Positions 11,557-24,891 of a DNA stretch of 64,000 nucleotides are shown here, one piece after another. How positions within the stretch are numbered: position 1 is the stretch's first letter; each line of letters opens with the position of its first letter. The notes under the pieces were generated by a model, which was not told the origin of the DNA, did no database searches, and saw only the letters and a list, made by a program, of their open reading frames with translations. The stretch is from Octopus sinensis. Its lineage: Eukaryota. The stretch is taken from contig NC_042997.1 of assembly GCF_006345805.1 (NCBI RefSeq), positions 38,378,001-38,442,000 of the forward strand. Direction: 5' to 3'. A program made the translations under genes and the position numbers.

Positions 11557-12687
11557 CTGGGATGGAGTGTTTCTGCACAGTAGAAGTGATGGGAAACTGT
11601 TTAATCTCTCGCGTCTGCGTACCAAGACCAAAATCAGAAGCGTCCTCATCAAGGAGATGGTATTTGCTGATGATGCCGCTCTGGTATCACACACAGAAGA
11701 AGCCCTACAAAGGCTCATCAACTGCTTTGAGCAAGCATGTGGCAACTTTGGGCTATTTATCAGCCTCAAGAGGACCAACATCATGGGTCAGGCTACATCG
11801 ACCATCCCAAACATACATATTGGAGACCACAGACTACAGGAGGTGGAGAAGTTTACCTATCTTGGCTCTACCGTCACCTACAACCTATCTCTTGATACTG
11901 AGCTCAATTTACGCATTTGCAAGGCAGCTGCTGTGATGGCCCAACTCTCCAAACGGGAATGGGACAACAATAAGCTGACCAAGGCTACAAAAATGAAGAT
12001 TTACCAGGCATGTGTACTTAGCACTACTGTATGGAAGTGAGATTTGGACGCCATACACACGCCATACGACGCCATACGTCGCCTAAATATCTTTCACCTG
12101 CGCTGTCTCCGGAAAATCCTTCGCATCAAATGGCAGAATCATCTCCCCAACAAAGATGTCCTCAAGCAAGCAGGAATACCAAGCATGTTTACACTCCTCG
12201 CATAAAGACATATGAGATGGCTTCGACATGTTAGCCGTATGGAAGATGGCAGAATCCTCAAGGACATACTCAACGGAGAGCTTGCTAGGGGCACTAGGTC
12301 TGTGGGAAGACCGTTCTTACAATACAAGGATATTTGCAAAAGGGACATGAATGCCTGCAACATCAATATTACCAACTGGGAAGCAGTTGCCAGCAACCGT
12401 GGAGATTGGTGAGGTACCGTAAAAGAGGGAACACAAAGGAGTGACATAGAGAGAGAGAGGAGAAATGGAAAGACAAGAAGAAACGTCAACAAGAAAGTAT
12501 GACATTACAACCACCCAGGCAAAGTCTTCGCTACATTTGCGGCACCTGCCAGAGGGAGTGTTTGTCCAGGATAGGACTGCACAGCCACAGCAGGAGATGT
12601 ATTAGGACATGAAATGTAAAAGCCGGACTAGATTATTTGATGCGCAACTCCATTGTCTCCCGAGACAAAAAGGATGCCAACAACAAT
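11557..12687 (+). mobile_element. 5'-truncated RTE-clade LINE (second subfamily), degraded
   Basis: Translates [59 protein letters not shown]; C-terminal CGTCQREC..IGLHSH; 3' tail GTCTCCCGAGACAAAAAGGATGCCAACAACAA. Confidence 0.9.
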
Positions 12688-12692
12688 ATATA

Positions 12693-12910
12693 TGGATTTC
12701 GTAGACAGGAACTGAAACAAATCAATCGTATATATATATAAATATATATATGTATATATGTAAGTGTATGTGTATGTATTTGTGTCTGTGTTTCGCCCTC
12801 ATCACTGCTTCACAACTGGAGTTCATTTATTTGCATCCACAAAACTTACTGGTTTCACAAGAACAAACTAATAGAATAAGTACTAGGCTTATCAACATAA
12901 AAAAGCACTA
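12693..12910 (+). mobile_element. Old diverged SINE family A remnant
   Basis: GGATTTCGTAGACAGGAACTGAAAC..ATAGAATAAGTACTAGGCTT. Confidence 0.55.
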
Positions 12911-13000
12911 GGCTGTGTCTCATATTTTTTTTTGCCCACTCAGTTGTATCTATCAATTGATCTTTGTGTGTGTGTGTGAGTGTGTGTATCTATATCTATA

Positions 13001-14048
13001 TCTATATATAACACCCTAATGGGCGCCTTACCTCCCAAATTTTAGTCATTTCTTTTATGATCCAAAACTAGGTCAAAGGTACTGAATGAATCTTTATGAA
13101 ATTTGGAAATTATATTCTAAGCATAAGGGCCATAACCCCCATGACAATTCATATATTTTGGCTGTTGATGAAATTTTAACCATAGATATTAGACACAAAT
13201 GAAATAATATTTATAAAATTTCATCTTCTTATAAAGTTAGAAAGACCCCTCCATGGGGACGTAACACCCACAATTTTGTCATTTTATCTAAGGAAAAACG
13301 AATACAGTTGTGCTCCTGGAAGCTGTAGGGTTACCCGAGCATAAAAGTTGGGCATTATTTCTAATTCAATGGTACAAGTGTAACAGTTTGCTTTGACATA
13401 CACTTACATTGTGATTTCTGCAATGTGGTGCATAAATGGTTAAGTAAATGAGAGGCATCTTTGTCTCCACTGATTCAGTTGCAAAGTTTTAAGTAAAGTT
13501 ATTTGATTGCAGACCTCCTTTTAGTCTTTTTATTATCACTCGGTCACACATAGTCCCCAGATGGTAACATTGATTACAAGGCCTTTCCAGATGAGTGACT
13601 GGTTATTCAAAGACATTTATAAATTTTAAATTCATTCTGTCCAGTTACATATCAGTATAGTGGTCATTTGCAAACTCCAACTTTGATTTCTCCTAAGCCC
13701 TCACGTCACACAGTTGTTAATATTGATTTCAGTTGGGTCACGCCCTTCCAATTGCTATAGATTCGTAATGCATCTTACGGCTGTGCCTGTTACCTGGATG
13801 GTGAGGAATCCTACATTGGGAGCAGTAACGACTAGGGTAGAGTAACTGACTGCTTATTGTGATCATTCGTCTTTTGGTTTCCATGTGGCACGATTACAAT
13901 TTTTAGGGTGTGTAAAGAAGGAAATAACCCTCATCTGCAATTTTGATGAAATTAGAAACATAGATATTCCAGTTCATTCAGAAAATATAACAGAAAAGTC
14001 TAATTCTTCAATTGAATGTAACCGGGCAACGCCGGGTATCTCTGCTAG
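13001..14048 (+). mobile_element. Probable non-autonomous Helitron (3' end clear, 5' end tentative)
   Basis: 3' terminus CCGGGCAACGCCGGG hairpin + CTAG|T at 14023-14049, like the 1961 end; candidate A|TCTATATATAA start at 13001. Confidence 0.5.
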
Positions 14049-14049
14049 T

Positions 14050-14219
14050 ATCTATATACATATGTAAACAAATGTACATATATATATATATATACACATA
14101 CATGCATGCATATATTTATACATATATATATACACATATGTATACATATATATACATGCATATATACTTATATATACATATAAATCTACATATATACATC
14201 TATGCATATATACACTTAA

Positions 14220-14251
<32 letters not shown>

Positions 14252-14397
14252 TTCTGTGCAAATGTATACACACATATATACATGCATTATATATATACAT
14301 ATATATATATATATATAATAAAGAAAACAAAAAATGGAACAAGAATGTTACAGGCGATAACAAAACATCCGAACAGTTAGCCGATACAATATATATC

Positions 14398-14447
<50 letters not shown>

Positions 14448-14648
14448 TGTGTGTGTGTGTGTACTTATATACAAGAGACCAAAATTGTACGTACTCTGCT
14501 ATATGTATATATAAAAAAAGAGAAAATGGAACAAGAACTAACATTTTTTGTTTCCTTTATTTATATATACATATAGCGACGTACGTACACTTTTGTTCTC
14601 CTGTATGTAAGTACATAATATATAAATATGTATGTATTGTATAAATAA

Positions 14649-14695
<47 letters not shown>

Positions 14696-14760
14696 GATGG
14701 ATGTATGTATATGTGTGTGTGTGTATATATATATATATTTACATGTACATATGTGAGATA
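14050..14760. repeat. (TA)n, (TG)n, (TATG)n microsatellite cluster
   Basis: Direct inspection. Confidence 0.9.
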
Positions 14761-14814
14761 ATAGTTTCACTTTTAATATTTTCAGTATTAATACTGAAAC
14801 TATTAAAACTGAAA

Positions 14815-15064
14815 CTAGTATCACACATTACAATAGAGATGTTACTGTTTCACTTTGGCACGTAACACTGAAGTAGCGTAAGAGATAAGTGATCGCTCTG
14901 GGCTTGTATTAGGCAAGAAGCTGAAAATTGTGGGGGAGGGGGGCATGACACTGCATGGACCCTAATGAAAGCATGTGTAAAATTTAAATGAAATCGGTTG
15001 GGTAGTTCTCGAGTTTTAGAAATGCACACATACAGACACACATTCTCAGTTTCATATATATAGA
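14815..15064 (-). mobile_element. Short non-autonomous Helitron
   Basis: Minus strand starts A|TCTATATATATGAAA, contains AACTACCCAACCGATTTCATTTAAATTTT, ends CTAG|T; terminal hairpin degraded. Confidence 0.6.
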
Positions 15065-16313
15065 TTATACCATGATTCTTGTGATAGACTAGATAATCTA
15101 AGAAATGCTATGGCAGTCATTTATTAAGTTTATTTTCGTAAGTTAGACTATCGAAACAATACAGATATCTTGAAACTAACGTCATTCGGGAACATAATAA
15201 ACTATAAAGAGATTGACACTTTTATATGTCGTTGTATAATTAATGCCTTAAAAATATATTGTGGCTGGCTCAAGATTCTTTAGTGAACTACAAGCCAATT
15301 TTTTTTATGTAGTATATATAATTAATTATACAACATAAAAATACTTTGTAAAATATTACGAGATAAGAAACAATACTGTTTTATTTTAAAAGACCAAAAG
15401 AAACACACAAGGACACAATGGGCATCCGTATTGTAGCTCTGGATAAGATTACTAAAAGTAATTCCAATATCAGCGGTTGGCATCCCAATAATAGACGTAC
15501 GAGTCTTACTAATAAACACACACCACTGTGTTTCAACAATAGATTCTCTCCTTATCTCTTCTCTCTCTCTCTCCATCTCTCTCTCTCCACACTCATACGT
15601 ACAGTGACATAGCTAACCGTATATGTGTGTATAAATGTGTGTGTTTATGTATGCATGGTATCGGTTAAAAGATTTAACACACTGATAACAATAAGGTTTT
15701 ATATTGTAACTGACAAATGTAGCTGAAAAAGATTGAATCTATTTTGCGATAAAATAAGCACATAATCTGAAAATGGTTTGCAAAACAACAGATATCAATA
15801 TTCCACTACTCAATACTTGATTCCATAGTGGCCGGATATGCTTTCGAGTTTCAGCTACTCTTCTACGTTCAAACTTGCTGTGTCTGCCCCAAAACTGATG
15901 AAGTATTATAAGCTGTCATTTTTTTTATTAAATTATATTACCCCATGTATGTGTGTGTGTGTGTGTGTTTGAGTGTGTGAGTGTTTGTGTGTGTGTGTGT
16001 GTATGTGTGTATGTGTATGTACTCTTCTGTTTTTCTAACAAAGATACAAATCTTTATCTTTGGTATGAAAATAACAAAATCAAATTCACATTTTAAACTT
16101 GAGTAAAGTCTTGCATATTTTTACCATTCCGCTTACACATTGTATTTGTAGTGTTCAAATTAGTCGATTGATTTCTCTTTCTAAAAACAGCAGCTTATCC
16201 CGATTGCTACTTAGGCGTTTTCTCACAAAGCCAAGAGCACCAATTATTATCGATGTTAATGCTAATTTATAATCTGGATATAGAAGCTGGAGGTTTCGGA
16301 GCAGTTGTCCATA

Positions 16314-16348
<35 letters not shown>

Positions 16349-16649
16349 TGTGTGTGTGTGTGTGTGTGTGTTTATGTATGGAGTGTAACGTAGGTCCTGG
16401 TAGAATAGAAAATAGATATTTCCTGTGCAAAACTCAATGCAAATTCCTGGATATTTGCACTATCATAGAGCAAAACTGAGAAACAAAGTCCACTGGTGCA
16501 TAAACTCCAGATACATCCGAGGTAAGAGCACTGAGTAATAATATGATATATAAGTTTAAAACGCTCCACTTAATGCTAATCTGATGAAACGGATGAACTG
16601 ATACTCCAATTTTATCACTTGAATAACTTATCACTAGGAATCATATGTC

Positions 16650-17135
16650 CGGGTATTGTTCACCTGTGTAGCTTTGTCGAATAGTTGCTGTCGCGTGTAG
16701 GGTGAACCCGCAGCCTTCTTTTAGTCGGGAAGGGCAGACAGTTTCTATCTGTCTGATAGCTTTAGCGAAAGAGATTGCGTGGTGGACGTAGTTGAGGGGA
16801 CTGAAGCGAGATGCTTTCCTCTTTCAAGTTCCACATGAAAAGGAAAGTGTAGTTAGAGGGGCAAGTGCTCCCCCCCCCAGTATTTTTGTTGAAAGTGAGT
16901 AACTGTTGCGAGGACGGTCCCTGTGAGTGCACGCCGGGTGCAGTATTTGTAGGGTTCTTTCGCTGCCCCTGGATAGAGCGTTATGTTATTTGGGGAGTTG
17001 TATTATTCAATATTTTATTGTTAATTATTGTTTTTTTAATTGTTCATACATACGTGAAGACCCTCTACTGTCGGTTGTATTGCATTGTCCCTTTTGTTTC
17101 CTGTGCGGCTCTTGTAGCCCATAAAGAAAGAATTA
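16650..17135 (+). mobile_element. 3' end remnant of an L1/Tx1-like LINE
   Basis: Decayed ORF2-like C-terminus CLIALAKEIAWWT*LRGLK..FKFHMKRKV*LE..VTVART, then 3' UTR with terminal hairpin GCTCTTGTAGC and A-rich end; by-eye recognition. Confidence 0.45.
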
Positions 17136-17169
17136 TTATAAATATTACTATTATTATTTTTAGGTGGTT

Positions 17170-17250
17170 TTGCCTTTCATCTTTTCAGGGTCGATGAAAT
17201 AAGTACAAGTCAAATACTGCAGTCAATATAATCGACTAGACCGTTCCCCA
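17170..17250 (+). mobile_element. Meta-type SINE C fragment
   Basis: GCCTTTCATCTTTTCAGGGTCGATGAAATAAGTAC. Confidence 0.6.
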
Positions 17251-17254
17251 AAAC

Positions 17255-17460
17255 TGTGTTCGTGTTTGTCCCGCCAGCATCGCTTGGCAACCGATGCTGG
17301 TGTGTTTACGTCCCCGTAACTTAGCGGTTCGGCAAAAGAGACCAATAGAATAAGTACTAGGCTTCCAAAGAATATGTCCTGGGGTCTATTTTCTCGACTA
17401 AAGACGGTGATCCAGCATGGCCGCAGTCAAATGACTGAAACAAGTAAAGGAGTAAAAGAG
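17255..17460 (+). mobile_element. SINE family A 3' half
   Basis: Matches 370-570. Confidence 0.85.
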
Positions 17461-17483
17461 TAGGCCCTGTGCCTATAGTTGAA

Positions 17484-17528
17484 ATTATTATTATTATTAT
17501 CATTATTATTATTATTATTATTATCATT

Positions 17529-17575
<47 letters not shown>

Positions 17576-17702
17576 TATTATTATTATTATCATTATTATT
17601 ATTATTATTATTATTATCATTATTATTATTATTATTATCATTATCATCATCATCATCATCATCATCATTATTATTATTATTATTATTATCATTATTATTA
17701 TT

Positions 17703-17752
<50 letters not shown>

Positions 17753-17849
17753 TATTATTATTATCATTATTATTATTATTATTATCATTATCATCATCAT
17801 CATCATCATCATTATTATTATTATTATTATTATTATCATTATTATTATT

Positions 17850-17893
<44 letters not shown>

Positions 17894-17936
17894 TATTATT
17901 ATTATCATTATTATTATTATTATTATCATTATTATT

Positions 17937-17992
<56 letters not shown>

Positions 17993-18078
17993 TATTATTA
18001 TTATTATCATTATTATTATTATTATTATTATCATTATCATCATTATATTATCATCATTATTATTATTATTAGTATTAA

Positions 18079-18113
<35 letters not shown>

Positions 18114-18218
18114 TCTCATTATTATTATATCATCATCATCATCATCATCATATCATCATCATTATTATATATTATTATTATCATCATCATTATTATTATT
18201 ATTATTATCATCATCATC

Positions 18219-18258
<40 letters not shown>

Positions 18259-18273
18259 CATTATATTATTATT

Positions 18274-18329
<56 letters not shown>

Positions 18330-18444
18330 TATTATTATTATTATTATTATCATCATCATTATTATTATTATTATTATCATCATCTTTATTATTATTATTA
18401 TTATTATTATCATTATTATTATCATCATTATCATCATCATCATC

Positions 18445-18483
<39 letters not shown>

Positions 18484-18486
18484 CCA

Positions 18487-18563
<77 letters not shown>

Positions 18564-18575
18564 GTCATTATTATC
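17484..18575. repeat. Compound (ATT)n/(ATC)n trinucleotide array, ~1.1 kb
   Basis: Direct inspection; alternating ATT and ATC blocks. Confidence 0.95.
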
Positions 18576-19249
18576 AGGCATACAGTTATCTTATCACTTC
18601 GTCATCCTCTTTTCCGAGATTCGCTTTTCTGTATTATTTTCATTTTTAGTCATATTCCCATTTGATAGCCACATACTTCATATCTTCTTTTTCTTCTTCA
18701 TTTTCTTTTGCTGCTACTACAACTACTCATTTTACTTTAATCTTATCTGGTATTACTATTGTCTAGGTTCTGTCCGCTATATCATTTCTATTCTAATTTT
18801 TTCACTTATTATTTCCGCTCTAATAAGCAACAGTCAAAGCTTAATAGTAGCGCAATGCAAGCAGGCACTATTTGATACAAGTCTCGTTAAATACAGCTCT
18901 AAAGTATAAAACCAAAAGTGTCGCGCAACTTCTGCAATGAAATTTTTGCGCGAGATGGCTTTAAATAAAAACCATAGTCTTAACGAAGCAACTGTGACTG
19001 ATCATTAAAGATGTCTTTATCTTTTGTTGGAATATACAGACAGATGGACGGACGGACGGACGGACTGACAGACACGGGCGCAGGTATGATTTAGAAGTTT
19101 ACTTTGCAAATTTGTGGTTTGGGCCGTTGTTTGTTTCTGCGTGACACCTTGCGTACCTGTGGTCTAATGTAGACACTCGTCGACCCAAACTTTTGAAATT
19201 CGGATTGACCAAGGACGGACAGAATCTGTGGAAAAGCCCATTGTATTCT

Positions 19250-19572
19250 TCATATGTATGTATGTGTATGTATGTATGTATGTATGTATGTATGTATGTA
19301 TGTATGTATGTGTGTGTGTATGTATGTACGTATGTATGTATGTACGTATGTATGTATGTATGTATGTATGTATGTATGTATATCTGTATGTATGTATGTA
19401 TGTATGTATGTATGGTTGCATTGTATGTATGTATGTATGTATGTATGTATGTATGTATGTACGTACGCATGTATGGATGGAATGATGGATGGACGGATGG
19501 ATAGATGGATCAATGGATAGATGGATCGATGGATGAATGGATCGATGGATGGATCGATCGATCGATCGATGT
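19250..19572. repeat. (TATG)n grading into (GATG/GATC)n microsatellite
   Basis: Direct inspection. Confidence 0.95.
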
Positions 19573-19624
19573 GCATATAATTAAATGTATATCGGTTTCA
19601 AATTTTGTCACAATGCCAGGAATT

Positions 19625-20160
19625 TGGGGAAAGTCGATTACATCGACCCCAGTACTCAACTGGTACTTATTTTATTAACCCTAGAATGAAGGACAAATTT
19701 CACCTCAGCAAAATTTGAACTCAGAACGTGAAGATGCCCGAAATACCGCTAACCACTCTGCCTGGCGTGCTAACAATTTTAACCTTTTCTACTCTAGGCA
19801 CAAAGCCCGAAATATTTGAGGGGGGGGCAGTCGATAAGATCGACCCCAGTGCGCAACTGGTTCTTAATTTATCGACTCTGAAAGGATTTAAGGCAAGGTC
19901 GACATCGGTGGATTTTGGATTCAGAATGCAAAGACAGATGAAATACCTATTTCTTTACTACCCACAAGGGGCTAAACATAGAGAGGACAAACAAGGACAG
20001 AGAAACGGATTAAGTCGATTATATCAACCCCGGTGCGTAACTGGTACTTATTTAATCGACCCAAAAGGATGAAAGGCAAAGTCGACCTCGGCGGAATTCG
20101 AACTCAGAACGTAACGGCAGACGAAATACCGCTAAGCATTTCGTCCGGCGTGGGAACGTT
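19625..20160 (-). mobile_element. Three stacked Meta-type SINE C units (two older, one younger)
   Basis: Three occurrences of the GTCGAT..ATCGACCCCAGT..CTGGTACTTA core; third unit matches the 4740-4966 subfamily. Confidence 0.8.
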
Positions 20161-20170
20161 TAAGTGTATA

Positions 20171-21053
20171 TATCGATATACACTTCTTTCTTTCCTTCTC
20201 TTTGATTCCCCTACCCACACTATCACATTAGCTTGTAGAACAAACACATAAGTCTATTTATAGAAACTTGACCATTCTTAGTATTCTTTCCTTCCATTCT
20301 CTGATTACTACTCACTTTAGAAAACCACCTCCTATACCTTTTTGTGTACCCATCCCCTAATGCCATTCTAGCACATCACCCCACCTCACACACCTCACAC
20401 ATATTCATTACTCACATTCTTATCTCTCCCTACCTCTCCCCTACTCCTCTGCCATCCCCCTCATAATATCTTGACCACCAACTAACACTCCTATCACTTT
20501 TTTTCATTTTATCTTCTTGTTTACATTTATCTTCCTCTTTCTTTCCTTCTTCTTTTCTCACCTTTTCCTTTAACTTCTTTCTTCATTTTAACATTTACAT
20601 CTCTACTACTAGTACATTCTCAAATTTTCATTCCAATCACAGGACCCCTTACAATGAGCATCACATGAAATCTACATCTCCACACTTTCCATTTGTAATG
20701 ACAAAAGAAGAACTCCTATTGGAATTTACATACCACGGACAGGAAGCATTTCTACCCCTTCTACACACCACTTTCCTTGGATAATGGAACTGCAACTATA
20801 ACATCCAACATATATATTTTTATTTTTATTTCTACATTCATTCCCCTACTTCCCTATATTCTTCTTATTTACTTCCTTTTCTAAAATAACTCCTTATATT
20901 CAACTCTACTGTTTCCCTCAATTTAACCATCTCACATCGCCTCTGATGAAGGGATATCCCTAACATCCCAGAAACAGCTGTAAGACCTAACTTCCTCTTT
21001 ATAAATGTCCTGATAATTTAACACACCCCTGGCTTTGTTATCTCATTTCATTT

Positions 21054-21058
<5 letters not shown>
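20171..21058 (+). mobile_element. Pyrimidine-rich Penelope-like pLTR/3' remnant with hammerhead
   Basis: C/T-rich strand bias, minimal hammerhead at 20941-20984, ends in (TA)n; family assignment inferred from the hammerhead. Confidence 0.5.
20941..20984 (+). ncRNA. Minimal type I hammerhead ribozyme motif
   Basis: CTGATGA (20943-49), stem II GGGAT/ATCCC, GAAA, palindromic stem III ACAGCTGT, GUA site, 2 bp stem I; 10.1:11.1 is an A-A mismatch. Confidence 0.65.
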
Positions 21059-21119
<61 letters not shown>

Positions 21120-21439
21120 CATAACGATGTAAGAAATTTGAAAAGATGAACGCGAAACCGGTTATTTCTTCAAAAACTATGTCATTGTATGAAAATAATT
21201 TATAACATTCTTCAGACATAATGACTCAAATATATTTTTTTAACCTTTTAAAACAAGCCTTCTGTAGTTTTTTCACTTTTTACTATTTTCTATATATTCA
21301 ACCACGTGCTTTCACACACCAACTTTCTCACCTATATATATATATATATATATATATATGTTAAATGAAAAGACAGATATAGATATGCATACATACATAT
21401 ACATACACACAGACAACGCACATATGTATATTCTTGTAT

Positions 21440-21510
21440 TATTTTACTTGCTTCAGTCATTTCACTGTGGGCATACTGGAGCACCGCCTTAAAGAGTGTT
21501 AGTCGAAGAA
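21440..21510 (-). mobile_element. SINE family A 3' end fragment
   Basis: TTTTACTTGCTTCAGTCATTT..CTGGAGCACCGCCTT. Confidence 0.7.
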
Positions 21511-21639
21511 TTCGAGACTCACCGGTAAAATTTCCACTTATTTCTTATTTTTATTTTCCTAAAATTTTCGTTGCGTCTTGCAACCTTTTCAAAAGTCTTG
21601 ACTCTGTCCGATATTTACACTGCGTTCCTTTTTGTTTGT

Positions 21640-21760
21640 TTGTGCGCATGTGCGTGTGTGTGTGTGTGCCTATGCATGTATGTACGTATGTATGTATGTA
21701 TGTATGTATGTATGTATGTATGTATGCATGCATGCTTGTATGTATGTATGTATGTATGTA

Positions 21761-21791
<31 letters not shown>

Positions 21792-22793
21792 ATGTATGTA
21801 TGTATGTATGTATGTATGCATGTATGTATGTATGTATGCATGCATGAATGTATGTATGTATGTATGTATGCATGTATGTATGTATGTATGTATGTATGTG
21901 TGTATGTATGTATGTATGTATGTATGTATGCATGCATGCTTGTATGTATGTATGTATGTATGTATGTATGTGTGTGTGTATGTATGTATGTATGTATGTA
22001 TGTATGTATGTATGTACGCATGCATGAATGTATGTATGTATGTATGTATGTATGTATGTATGTATGTATGTACGCATGAATGTATGTATGTATGTATGTA
22101 TGCATGCATGTATGTATGTATGTATGTATGTATGTATGTATGTATGCATGTATGTATGTATGTATGTATGTATGTATGTATGTATATGTATGTATGTATG
22201 AATATGTATGTATGCATGGATGTGTGTATGTATGTATGTATGCATGCATGTATGTATGTATGTATGTATGCATGGATGTGTGTATGTATGTATGTATGTA
22301 TGTATGTATGTATGTATGTATGCATGCATGTATGTATGTATGTATGTATGTACGCATGCATGTATGTATGTATGTATGCATGGATGTATGTATGTATGTA
22401 TGTATGTATGTATGTATGTATGCATATATGCATGTATGTATGTATGTATGTATGTATGTATGTATGCATGGATGTATGTATGTATGCATGGATGTATGTA
22501 TGTATGTACGTATGTGTGTATGTATGTATGTATGCATGCATGAATGTATGTATGTATGTATGTATGTATGTATGTATGTATGCATATATGCATGTATGTA
22601 TGTATGTATGTATGTATGTATGTATGTATGCATGTGTGTGTATGTATATATGTGTGTATGCATATGTATATATGTATGTGTGTATTCTGCATATTCATGT
22701 TCTTGCATGTCCGTGTTTGTGTATTTTCTATGTATGTGTGTGTGAGCGTGTGTTTGTATATGTATGCACCTCTGACTCCTTCTGTGTGCATGT

Positions 22794-22829
<36 letters not shown>

Positions 22830-22960
22830 ATGTCTGTGTGTGTGTCTGTGTTTTGCAACAATGTACCATGCTTGTATGTATGGATGTGCATCTCTATATG
22901 TGTGGACTCTTGTCTCCATATGTGTCCTTGAGTGGAGTAAAGTGTGTGTGTATACGTATA
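21640..22960. repeat. (TATG)n/(CATG)/(TG)n microsatellite array, ~1.3 kb
   Basis: Direct inspection. Confidence 0.95.
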
Positions 22961-23399
22961 TGGTCATGTGTTTCAGTCTCCATTTGCGTATGTGTGCTTG
23001 TCTGTTCATATAACCTATGTATCTATCCGTCTGTATGTTGATCTGTTTATTCTTGCAATTTTTAATGCAGTTTGCAAACCAAATATTGATTGTGTTATTT
23101 CCCTTGGAAATACTTTAACGTATAGTAAGGCTGTGCACAATAGATTCATAAAGTTACTTCCCTTTAATGCGAGAAAATGTTCAAAGAAGTTGGGAAAATT
23201 ATTGCGTCTATTTTTAAGTATTATTATATCATAAGACAATCATTTAAACCGTTAATCATTTCATTAGCATGTATTCGGAGACATTCTCTTACAATTGAAT
23301 ATAACATTATACGTTTCTTTAAATAGGCGGACGTGGGAGAGGGTGAAAGAGAACAATGATGCTGAAAGCATTTCAGAACAGATTTGAAAAAAAAAAATA

Positions 23400-23690
23400 G
23401 ACCAAAGCCTTGTGAGTGGATTTGGTAGACGGAAACTGAAAAGAATCCTGTCGTATATATGTATATACATATATGCGTGTCTGTGTTTGTCCCCCTAGCA
23501 TTGCTTGACAACCGATGCTGGTGTGTTTATGTCCCCGTTACGAAGCGGTTCGGCAAAAAGAGACCGATAGAATAAGTACTGGGCTTACAAAAAGAATAAG
23601 TCCCGGGGTCGAGTTGCTCGATTAAAGGCGGTGCTCCAGCATGGCCGCAGTCAAATGACTGAAACAAGTAAAAGAGAGTAAAGAGAGAAG
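23400..23690 (+). mobile_element. 5'-truncated SINE family A
   Basis: Begins GACCAAAGCCTTGTGAGTGG and is colinear to the tail. Confidence 0.85.
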
Positions 23691-24354
23691 AAAAAGAGTG
23701 GACCGTTCTGAAATTTCCTGCCAATGAAGATCTAAATATTAGATGAACATTAGATAGCATCACCTACGTTTAAAAACAATTGAAAATACCTACTATAATG
23801 TGTCACAAACCCGTGGTAACATTTTCATATTCGTAACAATGTGGTCTCAGTTATTTTAAAGTACAAAAATTCTTATACACTGTTTTTAGTTTATTTTAGT
23901 TTTCTTGAAGTCAGTTACATTATCGTTCTAAATACATGGCTCGTCACCGTTTCTATTCAGCTCTAAGCATATTGCTTGTTTTAAAATAGCTGAGGATTGT
24001 GATTGGAGGCCATGTTGAATAATAGCTAGTATATGCCCTATGATATATATATATACAGTGTGTACATGTTTCTGAAAGTTTATGTGTGTGTATCTGCGTA
24101 TATTTATGAGTGTATGTATGTGTGTGTATCTGCATATGCATGTGTGTGTATGTGTGTATGAGGTATGTGTGTGTATGTGTGTGGGTGTATGTGTGTGTGT
24201 GCCCATGCGTATGAGTCTCAAGTGTTAGAACGTCTGATATAATAATTTGCAGCATTCGTTCCGGCACTCATATCAGAGCTTGCTGATGTCGATAAAGTGC
24301 AGCAATAATTCAAGTTTCCTCTCCTCTATCCCCTTCCCTTTCTCTCTCTCTCCG

Positions 24355-24358
24355 ACTC

Positions 24359-24429
<71 letters not shown>

Positions 24430-24458
24430 GTCTGTCTATCTATCTATCTATCTATCTG

Positions 24459-24490
<32 letters not shown>
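24355..24490. repeat. (TATC)n microsatellite
   Basis: Direct inspection. Confidence 0.95.
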
Positions 24491-24491
<1 letters not shown>

Positions 24492-24860
24492 TGTAATTCA
24501 AAGATCTAGCTTGTGACATTCCCGATTAATCGACCAAACGATGGCATTAAAAATAGATATATGCCTGTGTCTGCGTATTGTTCACGCTGCAATTACGCGA
24601 GTAGGAATTCAGTTTGCCGGTCAATTGGAAGGACAACGTCGAGTTCGGTCAATAACTGCCCATATAAACGTGCGCAGGCATGTGTGTGTATGTGTGTACG
24701 GGCACATGTGTATATGGCCACGTGCGCGTGTATGTATGTTTATAAATATGTATTTCGTCTATGTGTGTTTTTATGTGTATGGGTGTCTGTTTGTGTGCGT
24801 GTGTGAGTGTGTGTGTATGATTGTGTGTGTTTGTGTGTGTGTGGAAGGGTGGGTGTCTCC

Positions 24861-24889
<29 letters not shown>

Positions 24890-24891
<2 letters not shown>

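Noticed and set aside
17357-18665. Poly-Ile/Met/Ser/His ORFs of up to 398 aa
   Set aside because: Trinucleotide array artefact; also not a CRISPR array, since there are no unique spacers
18915-19090. Possible Helentron/HINE fragment with (GACG)n
   Set aside because: No termini could be identified
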